Source: Gemmatimonadota bacterium (GTDB lineage: Bacteria; Gemmatimonadota; Gemmatimonadetes; Gemmatimonadales; GWC2-71-9). Taken from it: 64,000 nt of DNA. This document shows positions 52,292 through 61,771 of this stretch, one piece after another. The notes beneath the pieces are model-generated. The model was not told the DNA's origin. It did no database searches and was given only the letters and a program-made list of their open reading frames with translations. A program made the position numbers and the translations under genes. The stretch lies in the NCBI GenBank assembly GCA_039592335.1, contig JBDHBX010000003.1:131056-195055 (forward strand), read 5' to 3'. Numbering within the stretch: position 1 is the stretch's first letter; each line of letters starts with the position of its first letter.

Positions 52292-52981
52292 GTGACACGC
52301 ACCGCTCGTGACTACTACGCCGAGTTCAGCACCGGGTACGCCGAGAAGATCCGGCAGCTCGTGCCGCGGTACGACGAGATGCTGGAGACAATCCTGGACC
52401 TCCTGCAGCTGGCCCTTCCCCGCGCTGTCCTGGATATCGGCGCCGGCACCGGCAACGTGTCGGACCAGGTGCTCAGGGGGTTCCCGGAAGCCCGCGTGAC
52501 GGCCCTCGATGCTTCGCCCGAGATGCTGCAGCAGGCGCGCACGCTGCTGGCACCCCACGGGACGCGCGTCACCGTCGTTCGGCACGACATCGCGGGCTAT
52601 GCGCCAGAGCGCTCCTTCGACGCCGTGTTCTCGAACCTGGTGCTGCACAACCTGCCCCCCGACACGAGGCGGGAGACGCTCGGCGCCATCCGGCGCTGGC
52701 TCAACCCCGGCGGCGGCGTCTTCATCTGGGGCGAGATGATCATGCATCCCGATCCGGCGGTGCAGCAGCACTTCGCCCGGCAACGCGCCGAGCACGCCCT
52801 CGCCGCGGGCTGCGCGCAGGACTTCGTGGACTGGAACTTCGAGAAGGAAAGCAGGCAGGATCATCCCTGGACCGCGGCGCAGACGCTCGAGGAGCTCGCC
52901 GCGGCCGGATTCGAGAACCCCGAGGTCGTGTGGGCGCACGATGCCTTCGCGGTCTTCTTCGCAGCTGTGAACGAGCCATGA
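52292..52981 (+). CDS. Class I SAM-dependent methyltransferase
   Basis: VLDIGAGTGNVS (motif I), ALDASPEM, and FDAVFSNLVLHNL. GTG start. Confidence 0.75.
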   Translation: MTRTARDYYAEFSTGYAEKIRQLVPRYDEMLETILDLLQLALPRAVLDIGAGTGNVSDQVLRGFPEARVTALDASPEMLQQARTLLAPHGTRVTVVRHDIAGYAPERSFDAVFSNLVLHNLPPDTRRETLGAIRRWLNPGGGVFIWGEMIMHPDPAVQQHFARQRAEHALAAGCAQDFVDWNFEKESRQDHPWTAAQTLEELAAAGFENPEVVWAHDAFAVFFAAVNEP

Positions 52982-54423
52982 CCACCATATCCGACATCCA
53001 CATGACCCCTGACCAGTTCCGCCGCGCCGGACACGCCGTAGTGGACTGGGTGGCGCAATACATGGAGCAGGTGGAGCAGTACCCCGTACTCTCCCAGGTC
53101 AAACCCGGTGAGATCCGCGGGCAGCTCCCCGACACCGCGCCCCAGCAGGGCGAGCCGCTGGAGGCGGTGCTACACGACCTGAACGAGGTAATCCTGCCGG
53201 GCATCACACACTGGCAGTCGCCCAACTTCTACGCGTTCTTCCCTGCCAACGCGTCGGGCCCGGCCATTCTGGGCGACCTGGTGTCCTCGGGTCTCGGCGT
53301 GCAGGGAATGGCGTGGGCCACGAGCCCGGCGTGCACCGAGCTGGAGACGCACGTGCTGGACTGGCTGGTGGACATGCTCGCCCTGCCCGAGTCGTTCAAG
53401 TCGACCGGCGCGGGCGGCGGCGTCATTCAGGACACGGCCTCCAGCGCCTCGCTCTGCGCGCTCTTGGCCGCGCGGGAGCGGGCGACGATCGGCCGCGCCA
53501 ACGCCGAGGGAGTGACGCGGACGCTGACAGCCTACATATCGAGCCAGGGACACTCGTCAATCACCAAGGCGGCGGGCATCGCCGGCGTCGGGCGCGACCA
53601 CCTGCGCCTGATCGACGTGGATGAGACCTATGCGATGCGGCCGGACGCGCTGGAGCGGGCGATCACCCAGGACCGCGAGGCCGGTCACCTGCCCTTCTTC
53701 GTGGCGGCGACCGTCGGCACGACCCCGTCCACCGCGATGGATCCGCTGCAGCCGATCGGTGAGATCTGCCGGCGCCACGGCCTCTGGCTCCACACGGACG
53801 CCGCCCTGGCCGGGACGGCCGCCCTCTGCCCCGAGTTCCGCTGGATCCACGACGGGCTGGAGCTGGCCGACAGCTACTGCTTCAACCCGCACAAGTGGAT
53901 GCTCACCAACTTCGACTGCGACGCCTTCTACGTGACCGATCGTAGCGCGCTGATCGACGCTCTGAGCATCCTGCCCGAGTACCTGCGCACGAAGTCCTCG
54001 GAGTCGGGCGCAGTGATCGACTACCGCGACTGGCACGTGCCGCTGGGTCGGCGCTTCCGGGCCCTCAAGCTGTGGTTCGTGATCAGGCACTACGGCGTGG
54101 AGGGCTTGCAGCTCCACGTGCGCGAGCACGTGAAGCTCGCCCAGAAGTTCGCGGCATGGATCGAGGCGGACGACCGCTTCCAGCTCGCCGCGCCCACTCC
54201 GCTCAATCTCGTATGCTTCCGCCACGTGGGTGGGGACGAGGTGAACCAGCGCCTGATGGACGAGCTGAACGCGTCGGGAAGGCTCTACCTGTCACACGCC
54301 AGGTTGGACGACCGGCTGGTGCTGCGCCTGGCCATCGGCGCCGCGGGCACGCGGCGGCGCCACGTAGAGCGGACCTGGGAGCAGATTCGCGAGACGGCGG
54401 ACGCGATCGTGCGCCGAGCATAG
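52978..54423 (+). CDS. Pyridoxal-dependent aromatic-L-amino-acid/tyrosine decarboxylase (group II)
   Basis: ILPGITHWQSPNFYAFFPAN and PLP-Lys motif FNPHKWMLTNFDC. ATGA overlap with the upstream methyltransferase. Confidence 0.9.
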   Translation: MTTISDIHMTPDQFRRAGHAVVDWVAQYMEQVEQYPVLSQVKPGEIRGQLPDTAPQQGEPLEAVLHDLNEVILPGITHWQSPNFYAFFPANASGPAILGDLVSSGLGVQGMAWATSPACTELETHVLDWLVDMLALPESFKSTGAGGGVIQDTASSASLCALLAARERATIGRANAEGVTRTLTAYISSQGHSSITKAAGIAGVGRDHLRLIDVDETYAMRPDALERAITQDREAGHLPFFVAATVGTTPSTAMDPLQPIGEICRRHGLWLHTDAALAGTAALCPEFRWIHDGLELADSYCFNPHKWMLTNFDCDAFYVTDRSALIDALSILPEYLRTKSSESGAVIDYRDWHVPLGRRFRALKLWFVIRHYGVEGLQLHVREHVKLAQKFAAWIEADDRFQLAAPTPLNLVCFRHVGGDEVNQRLMDELNASGRLYLSHARLDDRLVLRLAIGAAGTRRRHVERTWEQIRETADAIVRRA

Positions 54424-54450
54424 CGCGAGGCAGGAGGATCGAAAGGGAGC

Positions 54451-55065
54451 ATGGGCCGCAAGACACACTGGGAGCGCGTCTTCGTGACGCAGTCGCCGGA
54501 CGAGGTGGGCTGGTTTCAGCCGCGGCCGACTCTGTCGCTGCAACTCATGGACTCAGCCGGCGTGCCGCGCGACGCCGGTATCATCGACGTTGGCGCCGGC
54601 GCCTCCACACTGGTGGACGAGCTGCTCGAGCGCGGCTGCGCTGACGTCAGTGTGCTGGACGTGTCGAGCTCAGGGATGCAGCACATCAAGCAGCGGCTGG
54701 GCGAGCGGGCCGAGCAGGTGCAGTGGATCGAAGCCGACGTCACCGGATTCCACCCCGAGCGACGGTGGGACCTGTGGCACGACCGCGCCGTGCTGCATTT
54801 CCTCACCGATCCATCGGACCGCAAGGGCTACCGCCGCGCGCTGGAGGAGGGGGTGGTGCCCGGCGGGCACGTCATCATCGCGACGTTCGGCCTCGAGGGA
54901 CCCACGCGGTGTAGCGGACTGGAGGTGCGGCGATACAGTCCCGCCATGCTGTCCGCCGAGCTGGGCGATGCCTTCGAGCTGCGCGAAGCCCGCGGCGAGG
55001 ATCACCTCACCCCCACGGGCGTCGTGCAGCCGTTCGTCTTCTGTCTCTTCCGCCGGCACGGGTAG
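54451..55065 (+). CDS. Class I SAM-dependent methyltransferase (second, unrelated in sequence to 52292-52981)
   Basis: IIDVGAGASTLVDELL (motif I), VLDVSSSG, and WHDRAVLHFL. Confidence 0.75.
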   Translation: MGRKTHWERVFVTQSPDEVGWFQPRPTLSLQLMDSAGVPRDAGIIDVGAGASTLVDELLERGCADVSVLDVSSSGMQHIKQRLGERAEQVQWIEADVTGFHPERRWDLWHDRAVLHFLTDPSDRKGYRRALEEGVVPGGHVIIATFGLEGPTRCSGLEVRRYSPAMLSAELGDAFELREARGEDHLTPTGVVQPFVFCLFRRHG

Positions 55066-55123
55066 CGGCAAACCCAGGCGCATCCGCTGGCGGCCCCGTC
55101 GGTGGCACGTCATTATCAGCGCT

Positions 55124-55618
55124 ATGCCCGTGACCATCCGCCCCATGACCCCCGACGACTGGGAGGCGGTCCGCGCCATCTACCAGGAAGGCATTGCCAC
55201 GGGGATCGCCACGCTGGAGACCGAGCCGCCTGACTGGGAGCAGTGGGACCAGACGCACAAGCCCGAGTGCCGGCTGGTCGCTGAGGATGATGGACGGGTC
55301 GTGGCGTGGGCGGCCCTCACCTCGGTGTCCCACCGTCCCTGCTACCGCGGCGTGGCCGATGAGACGATCTACGTGGCCGACGACGCGCAGGGTCGCGGGA
55401 TCGGCCGGATCCTCATACAGCAGCTGGTCGAGCAATCGGAGCGCGCGGAGTACTGGACCCTGCAGGCCGCCATCTTCCCCCAGAACGAGGCGAGCGTCGC
55501 GCTACACGAGGCCTGTGGCTTCCGGACGGTGGGCGTGCGGCAACGCATCGGCGAACGAGATGGGAAGTTCCACGACGTTCTCCTGATGGAGCGCCGCAGT
55601 CTCGTCGTAGGGCGATGA
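55124..55618 (+). CDS. GNAT acetyltransferase of the phosphinothricin/L-amino-acid N-acetyltransferase (PAT/MnaT) type
   Basis: IRPMTPDDWEAVRAIYQEGIATGIATLETEPP..W and QGRGIGRILIQQL. 164 aa. Confidence 0.8.
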   Translation: MPVTIRPMTPDDWEAVRAIYQEGIATGIATLETEPPDWEQWDQTHKPECRLVAEDDGRVVAWAALTSVSHRPCYRGVADETIYVADDAQGRGIGRILIQQLVEQSERAEYWTLQAAIFPQNEASVALHEACGFRTVGVRQRIGERDGKFHDVLLMERRSLVVGR

Positions 55619-56181
55619 AGGCCCGCTCGTATTCCCACGTCGTGGGGTTCGACGACGCGCCGTTCGCGCGCGAGCACCGGGGCGATGTGCCCGTGGTGGG
55701 CGCCGTGTTCGCCGGCCTCCGCCTGGAGGGCGTGCTCAGCGGCAAGGTGCGGCGCGACGGCGCCAACGCGGCCCGCAACCTCGCCGCCCTCGTGAGCGGA
55801 TCGAAGTACGCCCCGCAACTCCAACTGGTGCTACTCCAGGGCATCGCGCTGGCGGGGTTCAACGTCGTGGACCTGCACGACCTGCATGAGCGGCTCAACG
55901 TCCCGGTGATGGTCGTGGCCCGCAAGCAGCCTCGGCTACACAAGGTGCGGCGCGCTCTGCTGCTCTTGCCGGGTGGCGAGCGCAAATGGCAGATCATTGA
56001 GCAGCTGGGGCCGCCCGAGCCGTTGGCCGGCGTCCACGTGCAGCGGGTGGGCATCCCCAGACGGGACGCCGAGCGGGTGATCCGGCGGCTCGCCGTGCAC
56101 GGCAGCATTCCCGAGCCGTTGCGCGCGGCCCACCTCATCGCGGGCGGCCTCACGGCCGGTCAGAGTCGGGGACGCACCTAA
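55615..56181 (+). CDS. DUF99 (endonuclease-V-like, mostly archaeal) family protein
   Basis: HVVGFDDAPF....VVGAV..G.R.EGVL...V..DG.....L and LVLLQGIALAGFNVVD. ATGA overlap with the PAT gene. The family call is from memory. Confidence 0.65.
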   Translation: MKARSYSHVVGFDDAPFAREHRGDVPVVGAVFAGLRLEGVLSGKVRRDGANAARNLAALVSGSKYAPQLQLVLLQGIALAGFNVVDLHDLHERLNVPVMVVARKQPRLHKVRRALLLLPGGERKWQIIEQLGPPEPLAGVHVQRVGIPRRDAERVIRRLAVHGSIPEPLRAAHLIAGGLTAGQSRGRT

Positions 56182-56205
56182 GCACGAAACACGAGGAGCC
56201 ACACG

Positions 56206-56306
56206 ATGCAGTGGGAATACAAGATGCTCTCGATGAAGACCGGGAGCTTCGTCGGCGGGAAATTGGACGACGCGACGTGATCGCGGTGTTCAAGCGGCAA
56301 CGCTAG
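56206..56306 (+). pseudogene. Decayed DUF4177-like gene (internal deletion plus frameshift)
   Basis: GAGGAG SD, then MQWEYKMLSMKTGSFVGGKLDDAT-stop (24 aa). The +2 frame immediately continues VIAVFKRQR-stop. These match the N- and C-terminal ends of about 60-aa DUF4177 proteins, with the middle missing. Confidence 0.45.
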
Positions 56307-56358
56307 CGCCGACCCGTTAGTATCCGAACCGACTGACGAACCCGAACGAGGAGCCGAC

Positions 56359-56802
56359 ATGCATCAGGCGATCCTGCTGCTGCACGTGCTTGGCGCCACC
56401 ATCTGGACGGGCGGCCATCTGGTCCTGGCCATCACCGTGCTGCCGCGCGCCCTGCGCGCAAAGGATCCCTCGATCGTGGAGCAGTTCGAAGGGGGCTACG
56501 AGAAGCTCGGGATGCCGGCGCTCGTGCTCCAGCTGCTCACTGGCCTGTGGCTCGCCCACCGGCTCCTGCCCGACCCGGGGGCGTGGTTTGCCTTCGGCTC
56601 GCCGGCGGCCGCCAACATCTTCGCCAAGCTGTGCCTGCTCGTGCTCACGCTCGCACTGGCACTCCACGCCCGGTTGCGTGTCATTCCCCGCCTCAACGCA
56701 GAGCGGCTCCCGACCCTCGCGGTACACGTCGTTCTCGTCACGATTCTGTCGGTGCTGTTCGTGGTAGTGGGCGTCGGCTTCCGAACGGGCGGGATCCTGT
56801 AG
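56359..56802 (+). CDS. CopD-like integral membrane protein
   Basis: Four TM helices. LLHVLGATIWTGGHLVL resembles the CopD/YcnJ C-terminal domain. GAGGAG SD. Confidence 0.6.
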   Translation: MHQAILLLHVLGATIWTGGHLVLAITVLPRALRAKDPSIVEQFEGGYEKLGMPALVLQLLTGLWLAHRLLPDPGAWFAFGSPAAANIFAKLCLLVLTLALALHARLRVIPRLNAERLPTLAVHVVLVTILSVLFVVVGVGFRTGGIL

Positions 56803-56902
56803 CGCGAGCGCGCCTCCTGGTGACCGCCCCGAACCCACCACGCCGCGTTGTCCCGGCCGCGCCACCTGGGTAAACTCCGACCTGCGAACGGGCGGTGACG
56901 AC

Positions 56903-57754
56903 GTGGAGCTTCCCCGAGCCATCCTGGCAGCACTCCTCATCACGGTGGTGGTCTCCGCCGTCGCCCCTGGCGCCGCCGGGGCCCAGGACGTTGATCGTTT
57001 CCTGCCGCGGCGCGCGTACCTGCCCCGGCTCTACGCGGGCTACCGCGAGCCGATCACCGCAGCCAAGCTCGTGTTCGTCACCCAAAGCCCGCACCTCTTC
57101 GGCGAGCTGCTGGAGGGCGAGGCGGACTTCGGTGCGTCATTCCCCATCTACCTGCTGGCGGGGAACAGCCTGGCGGACGGCTTCGTGTTTGGGGTCGAGG
57201 CCGGGATCTTCAGCCGCTGGAACATGGAGACGCGGGAGAAGGACCTGATTGCGACGGACTGGATCCTCGCGATCCCGTTCGTGCTGCACCGCGGCAACCA
57301 CTGGCTGCGCTTCCGCTACTTTCACACCAGCGCCCACATGGGCGACGAGTACATCAAGGTCTTCGAGGTGCCGCGCGTGGACTTCACGCGCGATGAGCTG
57401 GAGCTGGTGGGCCTGCTGCAGGCGCACGAGTTGCTCGGCGTGTATGCCGGCGGGAGCTGGGTGCTCCGCCGCGATCCCCCCGACATGAAGCGCTGGAACC
57501 TGCGCGGGGGCCTGCAGTTCGAGGCGCAGCCGCTGAACGGGGGCCGGCCCTATGCAGCGGTGGACGTGCAGCTCGACGAGGACGACGACTGGAAGCCGCA
57601 GCTCACGATTCACGCAGGGTTCCACTTCTTCAGCGCCGACCGGGCGCGCGGCATCCGCCTGATCTCGGAGTTCTTTACGGGGCCGACGTGGCAGGGGCAG
57701 TTCTACACCGACAACACGACGTACTTCACCCTCGGGGTGGTGATCGATCTCTAG
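56903..57754 (+). CDS. DUF1207 domain protein (secreted)
   Basis: Signal peptide. F.YFHTSAHMGDEY and the overall pattern recall DUF1207. GTG start. Confidence 0.65.
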   Translation: MELPRAILAALLITVVVSAVAPGAAGAQDVDRFLPRRAYLPRLYAGYREPITAAKLVFVTQSPHLFGELLEGEADFGASFPIYLLAGNSLADGFVFGVEAGIFSRWNMETREKDLIATDWILAIPFVLHRGNHWLRFRYFHTSAHMGDEYIKVFEVPRVDFTRDELELVGLLQAHELLGVYAGGSWVLRRDPPDMKRWNLRGGLQFEAQPLNGGRPYAAVDVQLDEDDDWKPQLTIHAGFHFFSADRARGIRLISEFFTGPTWQGQFYTDNTTYFTLGVVIDL

Positions 57755-57843
57755 CCTGGCCGGTCGTTCCTGAGACCGGCCCCGGACGATAGCTTTGTCG
57801 ACAATCCGATTCGATGCGGTGGGACTCACCGGGGAGGGGTTTG

Positions 57844-60800
57844 ATGAAAAGGACATGGGTTTTCCTGCTGGCGCTCGCCATCCTGCTGCCCGCGCCGCCG
57901 GCGCTCGCGCAGAGAGAAGACGAGGACAAGCCACCCGAGCTGGATAGCAGCCTCGTCTCGGGGCTCAAGCTGCGTAACATCGGCCCCGCGCTCATGTCGG
58001 GACGGGTCATCGACATCGCTGTGGACCCGGTGAGACGGAGCACGTGGTACGTGGCCATGGCCTCCGGCAACGTCTGGAAGACGGAGAATGCCGGCACCAC
58101 GTGGAGCCCGATCTTCGACAAGTACGGCTCCTACTCCATCGGCGACGTCACGGTCGATCCCAACAACCGCTTCGTGGTGTGGGTCGGCACGGGCGAGAAC
58201 AACAGCCAACGGAGCGTCGGCTACGGCGACGGCGTGTACAAGTCGCTGGACGGGGGCCGCAGTTTCAAGAACGTGGGGCTCGAGAATTCCGAGCACATCG
58301 GCAGGATCCTCGTCGATCCGCGCAACTCGGACGTCGTCTACGTGGCAGCGCAGGGTCCGCTGTGGGCGCCCGCCGGCGACCGCGGCTTGTACAAGACCAC
58401 CGACGGCGGCGAGACGTGGACCAAGGTGCTGGAGATCAGTGAGAACACCGGCGTCACCGAAGTGCTGTTCGACCCGCGCAACCCGGACGTGATCTACGCC
58501 GCCTCCTACCAGCGGCGGCGCCACGTCTGGACGCTGCTCAACGGCGGGCCGGAGTCCGGCCTCTACAAGTCCACCGACGCGGGCGCGACCTGGCGCAAGA
58601 TCAACAAGGACCTACCGCGCGGCGACAAGGGCCGCATCGGGCTCACCATCTCGCCCATCGACCCCGACGTGCTCTACACCATCGTCGAGGCGACGGGGGA
58701 CAAGGGCGGCTTCTACCGCTCCGCCGACGGCGGGGAGAACTGGAAGCGGATGAGCGACTACATGAGCTCGAGCCCACAGTACTACAACGAGATCTACGCC
58801 GATCCCCACAAGTTCGACCGCGTCTACTCCCTGGACACCCGCATGATGGTGTCGGAGGACGGCGGCAAGACGTTCGAGCGGCTGGGCGAGCAGTGGAAGC
58901 ACGTGGACAACCACGCGCTGGAGTTCGACCCCGACGATCCCGATCACCTGCTCATCGGGTGTGACGGCGGGCTATACGAGACCTGGGATCGCGGCAAGAG
59001 CTATCACTTCTACGCCAACCTGCCGGCCACACAGTTCTACAAGGTGGCGGTCAGCAACGATACGCCGTTCTACTACGTATACGGCGGCACACAGGACAAC
59101 AACACCCAGGGCGGACCGTCCCGCACCACGAACGTGCACGGCATCCGCAACAGCGACTGGTTCATCACGGTGGGCGGCGACGGTTTCGATCCGGCGGTCG
59201 ACCCCGAGGATCCCAACATCGTGTACTCGCAGTGGCAGTACGGCGGCCTGGTCCGGTACGACCGTCGCACCGGCGAGATGATCGACGTCAAGCCGCAGCC
59301 CGAGACGCAAGGCCCGCCGCTGCGCTGGAACTGGGACTCGGCGCTGCTGATCAGTCCGCACTCGGCGTCGCGCATCTACTTCAGCGCGCAGATCCTGTTC
59401 CAGAGCGACGACCGCGGCGACACGTGGCGCGCGATCAGCCCCGACCTCACGCGCAACATGGACCGCAACCGCCTCGAGATCATGGGGCGGGTGTGGAGCG
59501 TGGACGCGGTGGCCAAGAACCGCTCCACGTCGTTCTACGGCACCGTCGTCGCCCTGACCGAGTCCCCGCTCGTCGGGGGACTGCTGTACGTCGGGACCGA
59601 TGACGGCCTGGTCCAGGTCACGGAGGACGGCGGCGCCAACTGGCGGCGCATCGACAAGGTCGGCGACGTGCCCGAGATGACCTACGTCAACGACATCGAG
59701 GCCTCGGTGCACGACCCCAACACGGTCTTCGCCGTGTTCAACAACCACAAGATGGGCGACTTCAAACCCTACGTGTACAAGAGCACCAACCGCGGCGGCT
59801 CGTGGTCATCGATCACGGGCGACCTGCCCGAGCGCGGATCGGTGTACACGATCGCGCAGGACCACGTGAACCCGAACCTGCTGTTCGTGGGTACCGAGTT
59901 CGGCATCTTCTTCACCGTGGACGGCGGCCGCAAGTGGGTCCAGCTCAAGGGCGGCATGCCGACCATCGCGGTGCGAGACCTCGAGATCCAACGGCGGGAG
60001 AACGACCTCGTGGCCGCGTCGTTCGGTCGCAGCTTCTACATCCTGGACGACTACACGCCGCTGCGGGAGGTGAGCGACGCCTTCGCGCAGGCCCACGAGG
60101 CGCACATCTTCCCGATCAAGCGCTCGCTGATGTACATCCAGCGACGCACCCTGGGCGGTGGAGAGAAGGCCAGCCAGGGGGCGAGCTTCTACACCGCGCC
60201 CAACCCGGCGTTCGGCGCCACCTTCACCTACTACCTGCGCGAATCCCTCAAGACGCAGCGCGCGCAGCGGCAGCAGCGCGAGGGCAAGCTCGCCAAGGCG
60301 GGGCAGGACACACCCTACCCCGCGTGGGACGCGTTGAAGGCCGAGGACCGCGAGGAAGACCCAGCGGTGACGCTGATCGTGAGGGACGAGATGGGCGACG
60401 TGGTGCGGCGCATCACCGGCAAGACCGGCAAGGGCATCCACCGCGTAACCTGGGACTTCCGCTATCCGGCCTATACGCCGACCCGTCTCGAGGGCGGCGG
60501 GGGTGGCGGCTTCTTCGGTGGTGGCTTCGGTCCCATGGCACTGCCGGGCACCTACACGGTGAGCCTGGAGAAGCGCGTGAACGGGGTGAGCACCGAGCTC
60601 GTGGGTCCCACGACCTTCGAGGTCGAGCCGCTCGGCATGGCGAGCCTCGGCGAGGTCGACCGCGCGGCGCTGCTCGCCTTCCAGAGGCAAACCGGCGAGC
60701 TGCAGCGCGCCGTCATGGGCGCCAGCCGGGCAGCAAGCGAGGCCGCCAACCGGCTCAAGTTCATCAAGCGCGCCATCGAGGAGTCACCCAACGTGGATCT

Positions 60801-61134
60801 CACGGTGCGCGACGAAGCCAGGGCACTGGAGATCCGGCTCATGGACCTCCAGGAAGCGCTGAGCGGCGACCGGACCATGCCGCGTCGCAACGAGCCCGGG
60901 ATGCCGGGTATCCAGAGCCGTGTTCAGCAGATCGTGCGCGGGCACTGGAGCACGACGTCGGCGCCGACTGCCACACATCGGCGCAACTACGAGATCGCGT
61001 CGGAGCAGTTCGGCGAGATCGTGGATGACCTGCGACAGCTGATCGAGGTGGACCTCGTGGCATTCGAGGGCCGGCTCGAGGCTGCCGGCGTGCCGTGGAC
61101 GCCGGGACGTGGCGTGCCGCGCTGGCCGCGGTAG
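57844..61134 (+). CDS. Large secreted BNR/Asp-box, sortilin(VPS10)-like beta-propeller protein
   Basis: Signal peptide MKRTWVFLLALAILLPAPPALAQ. Repeated SxDxGxTW Asp-boxes (TENAGTTW, SLDGGRSF, TTDGGETW, STDAGATW, SADGGENW, SEDGGKTF, TEDGGANW, STNRGGSW, TVDGGRKW). Confidence 0.8.
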   Translation: MKRTWVFLLALAILLPAPPALAQREDEDKPPELDSSLVSGLKLRNIGPALMSGRVIDIAVDPVRRSTWYVAMASGNVWKTENAGTTWSPIFDKYGSYSIGDVTVDPNNRFVVWVGTGENNSQRSVGYGDGVYKSLDGGRSFKNVGLENSEHIGRILVDPRNSDVVYVAAQGPLWAPAGDRGLYKTTDGGETWTKVLEISENTGVTEVLFDPRNPDVIYAASYQRRRHVWTLLNGGPESGLYKSTDAGATWRKINKDLPRGDKGRIGLTISPIDPDVLYTIVEATGDKGGFYRSADGGENWKRMSDYMSSSPQYYNEIYADPHKFDRVYSLDTRMMVSEDGGKTFERLGEQWKHVDNHALEFDPDDPDHLLIGCDGGLYETWDRGKSYHFYANLPATQFYKVAVSNDTPFYYVYGGTQDNNTQGGPSRTTNVHGIRNSDWFITVGGDGFDPAVDPEDPNIVYSQWQYGGLVRYDRRTGEMIDVKPQPETQGPPLRWNWDSALLISPHSASRIYFSAQILFQSDDRGDTWRAISPDLTRNMDRNRLEIMGRVWSVDAVAKNRSTSFYGTVVALTESPLVGGLLYVGTDDGLVQVTEDGGANWRRIDKVGDVPEMTYVNDIEASVHDPNTVFAVFNNHKMGDFKPYVYKSTNRGGSWSSITGDLPERGSVYTIAQDHVNPNLLFVGTEFGIFFTVDGGRKWVQLKGGMPTIAVRDLEIQRRENDLVAASFGRSFYILDDYTPLREVSDAFAQAHEAHIFPIKRSLMYIQRRTLGGGEKASQGASFYTAPNPAFGATFTYYLRESLKTQRAQRQQREGKLAKAGQDTPYPAWDALKAEDREEDPAVTLIVRDEMGDVVRRITGKTGKGIHRVTWDFRYPAYTPTRLEGGGGGGFFGGGFGPMALPGTYTVSLEKRVNGVSTELVGPTTFEVEPLGMASLGEVDRAALLAFQRQTGELQRAVMGASRAASEAANRLKFIKRAIEESPNVDLTVRDEARALEIRLMDLQEALSGDRTMPRRNEPGMPGIQSRVQQIVRGHWSTTSAPTATHRRNYEIASEQFGEIVDDLRQLIEVDLVAFEGRLEAAGVPWTPGRGVPRWPR

Positions 61135-61164
61135 TCGCTACGCCATCCTGAGACACGCGGCATC

Positions 61165-61192
61165 GAGGCGGCGGGCGGGTGCCCGCCGCCTC
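61165..61192 (+). terminator. Intrinsic terminator after the BNR protein gene
   Basis: GAGGCGGCGGGC-gggt-GCCCGCCGCCTC followed by TTGTACTTAGATT. Confidence 0.7.
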
Positions 61193-61212
61193 TTGTACTT
61201 AGATTGGGTGCT

Positions 61213-61743
61213 ATGAGCCAGCCGACCGTTCTCATCAGTGAAACCGACATCCAGCGCCGCGTGGACGAGCTGGCCGCGGAGATCTCCCGCGATTACGCCG
61301 GGAAGGGCGAGATCACGCTCATCGCGGTGCTCAAGGGCGCGTTCATCTTTCTCGCCGACCTGTCCCGCCGGCTCACTGTTCCCCGGCGCATCGAGTTCAT
61401 GGGGCTGTCCAGCTATGAGGAGGGCAGCACGCACAGTGGGGCCGTGCGGCTGGTGATGGACCTGCGCGAGAGCATCGAGGACCGGCACGTGCTCGTCGTG
61501 GAGGACATCGTCGACACGGGCCGGACCCTGCACTACCTGATCGAGCTGCTGAAGACCCGGGACCCCGCCTCGGTACGCGCCTGTGCCATCGTACGCAAGA
61601 AGGACCGCCACGAGGTAGAGGTGAACATCGACTACCTGGGATTCGACATCCCCGACGCGTGGGTGGTGGGTTACGGGCTAGACTACGACGAGCAGCACCG
61701 CACCCTGCCGTACATCGGGTTCGTGGAACCCGACGAGGGTTAA
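61213..61743 (+). CDS. hpt: Hypoxanthine phosphoribosyltransferase
   Basis: VLKGAFIFLADL, PRPP motif VLVVEDIVDTGRTL, and GYGLDY. Confidence 0.9.
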   Translation: MSQPTVLISETDIQRRVDELAAEISRDYAGKGEITLIAVLKGAFIFLADLSRRLTVPRRIEFMGLSSYEEGSTHSGAVRLVMDLRESIEDRHVLVVEDIVDTGRTLHYLIELLKTRDPASVRACAIVRKKDRHEVEVNIDYLGFDIPDAWVVGYGLDYDEQHRTLPYIGFVEPDEG

Positions 61744-61771
61744 CCGCCGAGCGTGCCCGCCCTTTGGCGAA

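Noticed and set aside
60491-60530. Gly/Phe-rich stretch (GGGGGFFGGGFG) and the corresponding GGC/GGT repeats
   Set aside because: It is in frame within the BNR protein and is a short flexible linker. It is not a DNA-level repeat element.
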